The notes beneath the pieces are model-generated. The model worked only from the letters and a program-made list of their open reading frames with translations. It was not told the origin of the DNA and ran no database searches. Shown piece after piece: positions 1-11,100 of a stretch of DNA of 64,000 nt. Origin of the DNA: Chara braunii (Eukaryota; Plantae; Charophyceae); the NCBI GenBank assembly GCA_003427395.1, contig BFEA01000045.1:2709592-2773591 (forward strand). The letters are read 5' to 3'. Made by a program: the position numbers and the translations under genes. Every line of letters begins with the position of its first letter. Position 1 is the first letter of the stretch.

Positions 1-55
1 GTTCGTAGAAGATTGGTTTGGGGGTTTCGACCATGTTGAGGAAGTAGCCAGCACT

Positions 56-1166
56 ATGGGGCGGGTGCACGTGAATTGCGCCTGGTTGACGGAAGAATTC
101 TATAAAACGTCCTTGAAATTTGGGCCCTTACATGGCGATAGAGCCTGGGAGGTCCTCATCATTTTGGACATCGAAAGGAATGACCGGCTGGAAGTGACTC
201 CGGAAAACAGGAAGGCTATAATTCGTCATGAGGTAGCTGTCGAGGTACTATGGTTCGACTGAGAGCGGAAAAAGCCGCGGGGCCAGACAAGAATGGGAGA
301 ATTGCTAAGATAAGGGAATGTGATGTCTGGCCATTGTAGGGTTCGGTGCGGATTGTGAGCAAGAAGGCCAAGGACGAGAGCGCAATGGCACGAAGGAGGA
401 CGTTTCTTGAAGACCGCCCCCTAGGCATTGAGCCACCTAGGGAAGTGGAGGGTGGAATAGAGATTAGTCTGCCAGCCGCGAGCGAGGGCTGACACCCGAT
501 GGTGGACTGGGTCGGGGTTGAGCTCATGGAAGACATGGTTTACCTGGTAAAAAAGGTCGAATGGCGCGAGGACGAGAATGGGGAATGAAACCCGGACCCG
601 CGGGGGCATGTGCGTGCGGAGGGGCGATTGTATGTATCTGAGGACGGGTGGCGGGAGTTCGGAGTCCGGTTGGCATCAGGAGAGGACCCGTTGAGTATGT
701 TTGAAGGGGCATGGCAGTTAGTGTGGTGGGCAGGGTTCGAGTTTGCGGATCCGGGATTTGATGATGTAACGGCAGACCTTAGGTTAGCTAGGGCCGGAAG
801 TTTTGAATTGCCTAGCGAAAATATTTGGATGAGGCTGCCGCCCTTTCTGCTGGAAAGGCTAGGCGGACTGGAGCTTGTCGGACGGGCGGTTGCCGACCTC
901 GCTAATCTGGCATACGAAGACGCGGTGGTACACCAAGAATAGTAGAATACTATCGGGCCTTCCTAGAAATGGGACCGTTTAGCGGAGAACAGAGGTATGA
1001 AGTGTTGCGGACCCTGCGCGCCGTGCTTACCACTAGACCAAGGGCTCTGGTTGTTAGCAATGGGGTTTATTGGGGCGTTGTTCGATGGGAAATAAGTTGG
1101 GGGATGACGTACGTGGATGACCTACACCGATTTTATGAGCCGACGAAAGTAGGAACAGGCTGGTAA
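56..1166 (+). pseudogene. Decayed accessory ORF A upstream of gag, unknown function; paralogous to ORF B
   Basis: Fragmented ORFs 56-262, 610-942 and 969-1166. The 610-942 peptide aligns without gaps to part of ORF 1293-2156 (pattern G..Y..E.GW......LA.G...L..F..A...V...G, then W.R.P.F). Confidence 0.5.
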
Positions 1167-1292
1167 AAGGGCCAAGGAAGGAAGGGGGAGGGGATAGAGA
1201 GGAAAGGAAGCATCGAGTTAAGGACCAAGGAGTTGCTCAGGTGAGGACAGAAGAGAAAGATGAAATAAGTAAACTCGCTTGTTGTTTAAACT

Positions 1293-2156
1293 GTGCAGGG
1301 GACCGCTAAATCAACAATGGCGATGAGACGCACCCGGACGTCGCAACGGTCCACGCACCCTCGGCCACCCACGGAAAGTGGAGGCGGATGGGAGGTATCG
1401 CTCCCGGCAAGCTACATGGTCGGAGGAATTGACACTGAATGGAGAGTCGTGACCTTGGGAAGGGACCAGGCGTTCATGATGGTAGAATGTTTATGGAGTG
1501 GGATGAGGTTCGATAGGGGACCAGGGGACGACCTGTATATCGACCTAAAGGTAACAGGAACCGTATACCTGCCGGAGGTCGGATGGCACATGCTAGAAAC
1601 GGAATTGGCACTAGGGCATGAGCTGTTACCAATCTTCCAAAGGGCTACTAGGATAGTGGACCGAATAGGCCAGGAGGTGCGAGGAAGAAGGAACGTGGGG
1701 CTGAGAACCCAGGTGGAGGTAGGAGGATGGCGAGAGTTTAAGGCCTCGATGACGGGACTGTGGTGTCGAGTGCCTCGCTTCATGGTGGACTTGGTATTTG
1801 GCAGCCTCTCAAGGGCAAGAAGCCTGGTGGAGTCAACTCTAGTCTGGAACCACTACTTTCGTCCACAGACGACGGGGATGTTTTACGATGTGTCAGTTAG
1901 GCACTGGTCGTTTTGGGAAAACCAGGCCCGTGAACTACTCGAACTCGTCAAAATCCTGATATTCGGGTTACCACGCATGGCGTTCGAGGAATATGAACCA
2001 ATAATTATCAGGGAAATAGAAATGGGAGAAAACTATCTTCAGGGGTGGCCGACCTGTTTGAAGAACCGGATGAGCAAGACAGACCTGAGGGACCGGCGTG
2101 AGAAAGGAAAGTACCGGGAAAAAAGTAAAAGGTGGAAAACCGGAATGAGAAGCTAG
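1293..2156 (+). CDS. Accessory ORF B (287 aa) upstream of Gypsy gag, unknown function
   Basis: Uninterrupted 287-codon ORF with globular-looking composition. Preceded by an acceptor-like TGTGCAG (1292-1298); in-frame ATG at 1317. Paralogous to ORF A. Confidence 0.6.
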   Translation: MQGTAKSTMAMRRTRTSQRSTHPRPPTESGGGWEVSLPASYMVGGIDTEWRVVTLGRDQAFMMVECLWSGMRFDRGPGDDLYIDLKVTGTVYLPEVGWHMLETELALGHELLPIFQRATRIVDRIGQEVRGRRNVGLRTQVEVGGWREFKASMTGLWCRVPRFMVDLVFGSLSRARSLVESTLVWNHYFRPQTTGMFYDVSVRHWSFWENQARELLELVKILIFGLPRMAFEEYEPIIIREIEMGENYLQGWPTCLKNRMSKTDLRDRREKGKYREKSKRWKTGMRS

Positions 2157-2553
2157 CCGTCAGCAAGAGAGTAGTGGTCGGAGTTCCATCCTACCTGAGA
2201 TCGTGACAGGAGAGAACTAGGAAGACCACCCGCGCTGAAAGACGCTGGGGCATCCGGGTGTCAGGGAGTCAAAAGGACTACCCTCGAGGGGAGAGCCACT
2301 AGCCTCAGACACTGCCCTAAGGACCGGGGTACGGCAGTGACAAAACGCCAAACCTCGGCAGCAAGCCTTCCGACAGAATAAAGACAGGACGACGCCCTGT
2401 AGGAAATTGTCAGGTGAGTCGTCCCGACAAAATAAGACGGGAAAACATGGAAATAAGTAAGAATAAGGGGACCTTAGGGCCCGGGAACTAGGGAAACTAT
2501 GAACAACCGGCCGTTTCGCAAAAAAAAATTTCATATGCAGGGTAGGTAAAAGG

Positions 2554-4190
2554 ATGGCGTTGGAAGAAGAGGTTGAGGAACTCCGAAGCAAAGGAAGTCA
2601 GGGCACGGGTAGGGGTACGGAACGAAGCGAAGCATCAGTAAAGGATCGAGAGTCGGCAAAACCAGAGGGGACCAGGGAAGATGGGAAGGATCTTTCGACA
2701 GACGAAAGTTCGGGGAAAACTGGGGGTAGCAAAAGAGGACCTCAGGAAAATAGGGAAGAAAGGGACAATGGAAGATCGAATCCTCGAAACTCAGAAGGGA
2801 CCACGCCCAAGAAAACGAAGGTCTAAGACACTCGCCGTAAGCTGGCAGAGATAGAAAAACGAACCACAGAATATAAAGCAAGGCTTATGGAGGAAATGAT
2901 GGCTGGGCATGAAAGGGATTCCCTGGGAGAAGGGTCGCGAGAGGAACGTAGGGTCAGCCAGGGCGAAGTCGGGCACGGAGGGAAGGATAACAACCATAAG
3001 GGAACGCCTAGCAAGAAAGAGAAGGAAAAGGGGATGCTCCTTCTGTGGAGGCAGAAAAGGCTACGACCCCGCCTGCTATGGACAACGGGACTAGCCGCCT
3101 GCCCGCCACACCGAAAGTAGCAAAGGGTTGCGACAGACTTTGGAGTCTCAGAGAAAGGGTGCTAGGATGGTTCGATCCTGAGGGTACGCCAAAGGCTGGG
3201 GAAAAGCAGGGGGATAGCAAGGAAGGAGAAGAGACCAGTCCGGCTGGTGAAGCAGGTAGCTCTGAGAGAGGTCTTAAGAAAATAGTAGTTACCCTCACCC
3301 GGGCTCTGAATAAGAATCAGGGGTATTTGGCCGATGCCAGGAAGAAACTCACTTTCGATGGGGCGAACATTACGGAATTCCTGATAGACTATGAGAACCT
3401 GGCAGCCTTGTTGAAATGGAGTGAGGAAGAGAAGATAGATCATTTGGGGCAGCATGTGTCACTGAGTCTCGGTAGAGACATTATGGTCATCGTTGCCACT
3501 AGTGGATCCTAGAAGGAAACCAGGAACGAGATGATGAGAAAGTACCTAAAGGCGGAGAAGATGGCAACAGAAGCCGAGTTAGCGGCAGTCCAAAGGAAGA
3601 ACTGTGTGACTTACAACGACTTCCTAACGGTCTTTACTCTAGTCGCGCTACGAATTCTAGGGGTAACAGACCGGATAATGAGCAAGTATTTCCTCAGGCA
3701 GTTCTCCGAATTCGACAAAGACAAGATTCTATCAGCTTACCAGCAGACTAGCAAGTTCGAGTACACTAGGGATGTGGACTTCAGCACGGTAACAGACCTC
3801 GCAGAAAAGACAATGGTGACCGATACGCTAGCCCTGCTTAAGGAAGGGGAGGTTATAGACTTGACTGGGAAGACGGGGGATAAGGTCAAGAAGGGGATAG
3901 AGAGCCTGCACGAACGAGTGCACGGGGTTGACAGCAAGATGGAAAGAATGGAAAATGCCCTATTAGTAATGCAGGAGCAGGTGTCCCGACCCGCCCTCCC
4001 GCCCCAAGAAGCCGTAGTTCCGGCAGCGGTAACGAATCAGGGGTATGGCAGAAGGGATCCGGCCAATGAGCAGTGCAAGTATTGCACAATGGTCGGACAT
4101 TTCGTGCGAACCTGCCCAAGACTCAACCATGATATCATGAGACAGAGATGCAGCAGGTCCCTTTTCTCGGACCCCAGAGAGAGCGTGTAA
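2554..4190 (+). pseudogene. gag: Ty3/Gypsy gag with stops and frameshifts
   Basis: Retrotransposon gag-like segment FDGANITEFLIDYENLAALLKW; CCHC zinc knuckle CKYCTMVGHFVRTC (~4073-4115); broken into ORFs 2554-2826, 2887-3120, 3045-3512 and 3531-4190. Confidence 0.88.
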
Positions 4191-7100
4191 ATTGGAATTC
4201 GTCAGGAGGGATACGGCGTGCCGTCATCATCCTGAATAACTTGGATATAGCCGCCGTGAAAGCGGAACCGGTAGCCGATATTGTCTGGGACCAACCGAGG
4301 GGACGTGGACCACAGGCCAATTTCATCCTAGAAGGAAATGGGCAAGATAGGGTAAACATCACCACCCGACGGGCCGGTGCGGAAAAGAACCTTATTCGAG
4401 ATACAGTAATGGAAGAAGTCGCAGGGACTAGCGCAGATCAAGGGGAAACCGAGGCCGAAAAACCAGAAAAGGTTTACGGAAAGGGAAGGGAAGAAGAACC
4501 GATAGACAAAGTTGCGGCGGCAAAGAAGAAGTTCAGGTATCAAATTCCGATCCTGACTTCGCCTGAAATCGACGGTACCCTAACTAAGTTGCTGGGTACC
4601 ATGGTATCGGTATCCTTCCAAACCATGCTGCAATTCAGCCCAAGGCTGCTTAAAGAACTCAGGCAGCTGCTAACGCGCAAGCGCGTAGAGGTAGAGGAGG
4701 CCCCGGAACCACCGGAGCAGGAGACAGAAGAGCCCGAGGCACCGCAAGGGGTCTCCAACCTCCAACGAATTATAGGGGATCTGGAGGACCTGGAGAAAGT
4801 CGTTGGAGACATCCGCCTAAGCCTACCGAACCGAGAAGGTGGAGAAGTCATGAGGGCACCGCTCGGGACGAAGCTTAGCTTCCATGCATTGCCTGTAGGA
4901 AAGCTGAAGGTCCAGATCGGAACCCACCACACAGATGCATTAGTGGACGGTGGTGCGGAAATTACCCTCATACGGCGAGACTTTGCGACAATTACCGGTT
5001 GCACCATGAACAAGGAAGTGACAGGGAGTATCCGGGGAGCTGGCGGAGAGATTCCCTTCGCAGGATATGTCACCAAGTGCGCAGTTAAGGCTGGAATCAG
5101 AGAGTCAATCTGGTCCTTTCAGTGGATGACCGTGATGGAAGAAATGAACTATGACATAATTCTCGGAAGACCGTGGTGCGCCAATGTAGAAATGATAGGT
5201 ATGCATTTGTATGATGGCACATACATGGTAGATATAGAGGACCCTTTGACTGGTCGCGGAGAACTCCTCCGACTCCTTGGGACCGGAGGGGATCCTCCGA
5301 AGGGCAAGTTGGCAACTTGGTCGCCGACGTTCGAGGAGAGTGCGTGAAAGGGGGCATTTGCACGAATGGAAGGTATGAGGGAAAGAGTAGAGATCATGAT
5401 TGAGGAGACCTTTAGCAAGAAGGAGTGGATCAAGATAGGTCTACCTCTGAAGAAGAGGAGGCAAGAGGACGAGGCCCTGAAAGTTATGGTGACAGAAAAA
5501 GAGTCGGAAGTCGAACTTGGGGCTAGCCTGCCCAAACCAAAGGAAGGCCGGAACGAAACGCCGGAGGTGGTGCTTGAAATCCCAGACTTGTTACAAGTCG
5601 TTAAGGCCATCAGGTACCACAAGGTGGGGGTGGACCCCGCAGCGCGTGCTAAATTTGAAGAGGGGGTCCGAAAGGGCTACTGTCTGAACGGGAAGCTAGT
5701 CAGCATCCAGCCCCGCGTCCTGGAGGTAGCAAGGCCGATCCCGACCGTTCATTTTTTAGGAGAACGATCCGAGAAGGAAGTGTGCGAAAATACAAACCCG
5801 TAGGGAAAAAAGCCAAGCCGGTTTCGATCCTAGTCGAAACATCAAGGGAAGAGGCCATGGAAAAGGAGGAAGAAATCCTGCAGATAATAAGGGAGAGGCG
5901 AGCAGCGGAAGGGCACCGGATACCTGATGAGATAGTGGAGACCATGAAGATAGGGGTAGAAGGGTTCTTAACGGCGGAAAAGACTCAGTTGATAAGAAGG
6001 GCGTGCTGGGAATTTCACATAGCCTTCACCTTCAATGACCACCAAAAAGGCCGATTGGACGCAAAGCTAATTTCCCCCGTTAGGATCCACACGGTGGAAC
6101 ACGAATGCTGGAACGACAAAGGACCTGCCTACGAGTTCGGAATAGCGGCGGAAGTCGCTGAGTTGCTTAGAGCCAAGATAGATTCATTCGTGGCCGAACC
6201 TACCACGTCCCCCTACGCCATCAAGTGGTTCGTTTTTCGGAAACTGAACAAGACGCTCAGATGGATCCAAGACTTGCAGAAGTTGAACGCAGTAAGAATC
6301 CGGGATGCGGGATCGCTTCCATAAGATAACCTACTGGCAGAGTCTCACGCCGGACGAAGCATTTACTCCCTGATAGACCTGTACTCAGGATACGACCAAC
6401 TGCCACTCGATGCGAGAGATATATCGTACACCGCCATGCACACCCTTGTAGGACAGCTGCAGATGCAAGTGACCCCTATGGGCTTCACAAACGTTGTGGC
6501 GGAGGCACAAAGGAGGATGCTTGCGGTCGCAGGGGACATGTTCCCGGAAAAATGCGAACCCTACATAAATGACAATCCCATAAAAGATGCGCATGACAAG
6601 GATGAGACAGAGGTCCAGTCGGGCATACGGAAGTTCGTCTGGGATCATCTACAGGACATTAAGGACTTACTCCGACGGTTCCTGGTATATAACATTACTG
6701 CAAGTGGACCAAAAAACATTCTGGCAGTTCCAGAAGTGACCATACTAGGATTTCGCTGTGGGGCCTATGGGAGGAAACCCAACCCAGGAAAGACGGATAA
6801 GATCTCCCAATGGTCGACGCCTCTGCGCACAACGACGGAGGTACGAGCCTTCCTAGGGGTCGTCGGATTCTGGAGGATCTTTATCAAAGGGTTCGCAAAG
6901 ATAGCAGAGCCTATCCGCGCAATGATTAGGGAAGGAGGGACTATGGAATGGACCGAGGATAGGGAAGCGGCAATCCGGACCCTCAAAGATATCCTGTCTT
7001 CCGATCGAGTCACTTTGGCAGCGCCTTGCTTCAATGATGAAGTGGGGCGACCCTTTATCCTAGAAACGCACGGAGGACCCTTGGCGGTAGGGGGAGTACT

Positions 7101-8151
7101 GATACAGAGAAGTGAGGAGGGTAAGGAGAGGCCTATCAGGTTTGATAGCAGGACCCTAAATTCGGCAGAGCGGCGGTACTCACAGTTCAAGAAAGAAGCT
7201 TTAGCCATTCTACATTGCCTTAAGACTTTTCAGGCATACCTATTTGGGAGACGGTTTATCTAAAGAATCGATCCGACCAATGTCGCCGGGGCATTAAAGA
7301 ACTACAAGCCTATAGACCCGACCGTTGAAAGGTGGATAGGCTTTATATGGCAATTCGACTACAAGGTCGAGCGAATCGCGGGACTCCGAAATAGGGCAGA
7401 TGGGCTAAGTCGGGTTTGCATTACGCCGGAGGAAGTAGAGGATGCAGAACCAATCGACGCCTTCCTAGAATACGAAGGGGGGACCCTTGTCATAGATAAC
7501 GAGATGGCAGGCATCGCTCCTACAATGGATCAACTGTTGATTCAAACCCTGGAAAAGGGCGCACCTGTGGTAGTTGCGGAACTCAGGGAAGGACCAGTCA
7601 CCATGATTAGACGCAAGGATGATAAGGATTCCTGGGGAGCAACGATGGGGCCAAAGGAAGAGTTGATGGCAATGGCCGTTGAAGGGGGTCAGGAGGCTGT
7701 GATGAATCTAGTAGAAACTTGGACGCGAAGAGAGCGGCAGTATCTAGTGAATCAGGCTCAGGAGGAGCAAGACACCGATCAGAAGGGACGATAATTCTTC
7801 CTTATCCAGATGTATGATGGCATGTTTAGAGAAATCGGTCCGCTACTAATAGGAAACAAGCAGCCTATGGAAGTCAGCCCCAAGGCAAGGGAGGAAGCCG
7901 AGAAGTATGTTTTGAGGCACGGTCACCTGTTCAAGAAAGAAGAAGGAATGATGCCTAGGCGTGTCGTATGCGGAAGGTCTCGACAGTTGGACATAATCCA
8001 GGCAATGCATGATGGGCTAGCCGGAGGGCACCGGTCATCCAAAGGAACTCTGGCAAAAATCGCGCCACTTTATTTCTGGCCAGGTATGGCAGGCATGGTG
8101 GCGACGTACTGCCAAACGTGTCTGATGTGCCAGGAAAGGAGTTCCGCACGT
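4148..8151 (+). pseudogene. pol: Ty3/Gypsy pol, 5' part: protease, RT, RNase H and integrase HHCC domain
   Basis: Protease ALVDGGAEITLI...ILGRPW. RT motifs IQDLQKLN, IDLYSGYDQ, TPMGFTN and YIND (YIDD mutated). RNase H FILETHGG, KKEALAI and NRADGLSR. Integrase HHCC HDGLAGGH...CLMC. The order PR-RT-RNH-INT defines Gypsy. Several in-frame stops. Confidence 0.95.
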
Positions 8152-11100
8152 TGTCGGAGGGCACGGTGTCTCGGCCCTCCTGTGTACGAAGTCTCTGCAT
8201 AGTACCAGTTTCCTGCTCTGGTACCTGGATCGTTTCTCGGCGTGGACAGGTCCCGGTGGCATAGCCCTCAGCAAAAGAGGTGCGCCACAGGACTTCCATT
8301 GGTCCACACAGGCTTGGCGCCCTGCTGTACAGCAGAGCACAACCGGCCTGTGACCGTGGGAGCCGCCGGGTTCGCACTGGGACGCGGAGGTGAGAGGGTT
8401 GGCTCAGTCTTTTCAACTCCGCGCCGAGCGCCCCTCTACTGAGTTATGGGTTAGGTGCGTGAAAAACAGAATTGCTGTCGGAAAGGAAAAGCTGAACAAA
8501 AGAAATAAAATGAAATAAAGATATGAAAGAGACAAAGAAAATAGGAAGCCTGATCAACACGTGGATCAGGACTGTCGCTTTAGTCCGGAATAATCTAGCG
8601 GCGGTTGTCTATTGTATCGTCTGAGTTTCCTTTTTCCCTTGTTATTATTTTTACCATTAATTTTATCATTACTAACTTATCGATTTTTCAGATACAGTTT
8701 CCCCTTTTGTTAGGGTCCTGTCATTTTGTAGGGAGGCCAACGGCTCGGGTTTCGAGTCCAGGCGGTGGTGTTGCGGTTCAGGCAGGCCCAACCCTTCGAA
8801 TATCACATGTACTGGGCCTGCGCATCTAAGTTCCGCGCAGTAGGACCCCGGTAGTTGTATTGGGGGCCAGGTACAATGGGGTCTGCGTGGACTTGTACAG
8901 CTATTTAGGCGGAGCCGCGGTGCGAAGGAAAAATTTTGAATCGCCGCCCCTTTTCTTTCTATGATTATTATTATCATTATTGTTACTGCTTCACTGGTTT
9001 TGGAACGCGGCTTCCCTTTCGTTTTCAGTCCCTTCGCGGAAAAACTAACGGTTCGAATTCGAACTCGTCTAATTTAGTGGCCAGGTGGATCGACTTTTCG
9101 CTACTATTCCTGGCTTTTCGTTGCTATTCCGCAGTTGTCACACTTGGCAAAGCGCACGCCAGGGCCCTAAAAAAAGAGGGCGACCCTCAGCCGCATTGGT
9201 AGGAAGCGTATCACCTCCTATAGAGGGGTCATACGCCCCCTCCTTTCCATCGGACACGGGCACCCAACGGAGATAGCACAGTGCTCTCTTTTAGGGTGAA
9301 AACTCGGGCGGTCGGGATCCCGTTATGGGACCGCAGTGCCAGACCTGTTGTTTTATCGCGAGGGTCTGAAACCGACAAGTGCAGGGCTGGTTCATGATAG
9401 ACCGATGAGTTTCAGATTCGAATGTTACTTTTTGAAAATCATTTAGTTTTTTTTTTTTGTTTTTTTTTTTTATCGTCCTGTATTATTTATTGCCTTATTT
9501 TAAAATTCTTGAATCCGGTAAAATCCGAAAGGGCTAATCGGAGTACCTCATTCAGAACGTAGGGAGGTAAGCCTATAAGAGGAAGAGGGAGACGAGATAT
9601 CGTCTGCGGCCGGCAGCCTGGTAGTACGCAGTCCGTACCGTGGGCTCTGGTGGAGAAAGGCGAGCTATTGGAAGTTGAGGGCTCTGTGCTGCGCTGTTTA
9701 CCGAACGGGTGCTGGCTATTGAGGAAGAGCGGCTATGGCTTTGCACGGGTATAGACCCTGCTATTGGTACCACCAGATTCGGTGGAAGCCTATGTCCGGG
9801 GAGGGGCCCTGGATTACGGCTATACTCAACTACGACGGGGGAGACGAGCTAAGACTGAGGATCAACGTGGAGGGGGGAAAAGAGGAGGTGATGCGGACTG
9901 ATGGGAAGCTACAGGGTGCTATCACAGAGACGAAAGACCGTGCGGAGAGGCGCTGCAGGAGGGACGGCGTGACTACGGAAATGCAGGTAACGGTCTCGTA
10001 TCATGAGACCGAGACTTCAATGGACACGGCTGACTGGGAGCAGGCCCACCTGGAGCGAGACTCAGGTGGGGAGAGCAAGATGAGCGAGGCGGAGGACCGG
10101 GAGACGGATCTCAGATCCTGGAATAGACCAGGCGAGATCTAGAAGCACCACCGGGCGGTGAAGCCAGTGGAAGAGGGACCCGAGGCCAGATCTCGGCAGC
10201 TGATGCCTAGAGGTCGTGGGACGAGTGAGAAGCAGGGCAGAGGTAAGAGACATGTGTGAGAGACACACGGAGAGAGAGAGAGAGGCTGCGTGAACGAGCG
10301 GGTCGCGACCTTGCTAGATACGGTTGATGTCAACCGTTGCTTCCAGGTTCAAACGGGGCGTCTTGTGTCTACCGAGCGCTGCAGGTCTCCAAAAAAAAAG
10401 GCCAGTTGTCCGAGATGAGGGTGCTGGCCCTTGAGGCAGGTACACGTGGGAAGCAGAATATATACGTGGCGCGGCCTGGGAGGAGCAAGCGCGGTCAACG
10501 AGGGGCATAAGTGAGAGAGTGGGCAGTACGCCAGAGACATGCAGGGTAGTCTGATAGAGCGGAGCATGTGACGAGTCAACGCCTGAGAAAGAACATGTGA
10601 GAGCGGAAACACGTGAGCAGAAAGAAAATGGTGATGTCAGCAGGACTAGCACGTGTTGAGCCAGGGAAGTGACCGTAATGAGCAGTGCGCACGAGTGCAT
10701 TAGGCAGTGAGAGAGAGAAGGCGTGTCAGTGTTTGACGGTGGCAACTCAGAGTGAGTTTACTTTGAGCCCCTATAAAGGGGCATAGCTGGCTGATATGTC
10801 GGTTAGGCTGGAACTATAGACACTAATCCTGCAGACACAGTGGGGCCTGTAAGAGGACGGCCAGAGCACCTTGGACGCGGACTGCAACCGCCCCTGGCGA
10901 GTCACGACGGGAGTTTCTAATTACTCAAGCGGAGAGACAAGAGCGACAGCACGAGCACGGCGCATGAGCACCATATCCGTCAGAAAGTCGGGAAAGCAAG
11001 TGGGTTTTGAGGACGAGATGGAGCATGAGACTGTGACCTGGGTACGCAATCTACAAGTGGCACGTTCACACGGAAGGGAAGAAGTAGGCTTGGTGCATGA

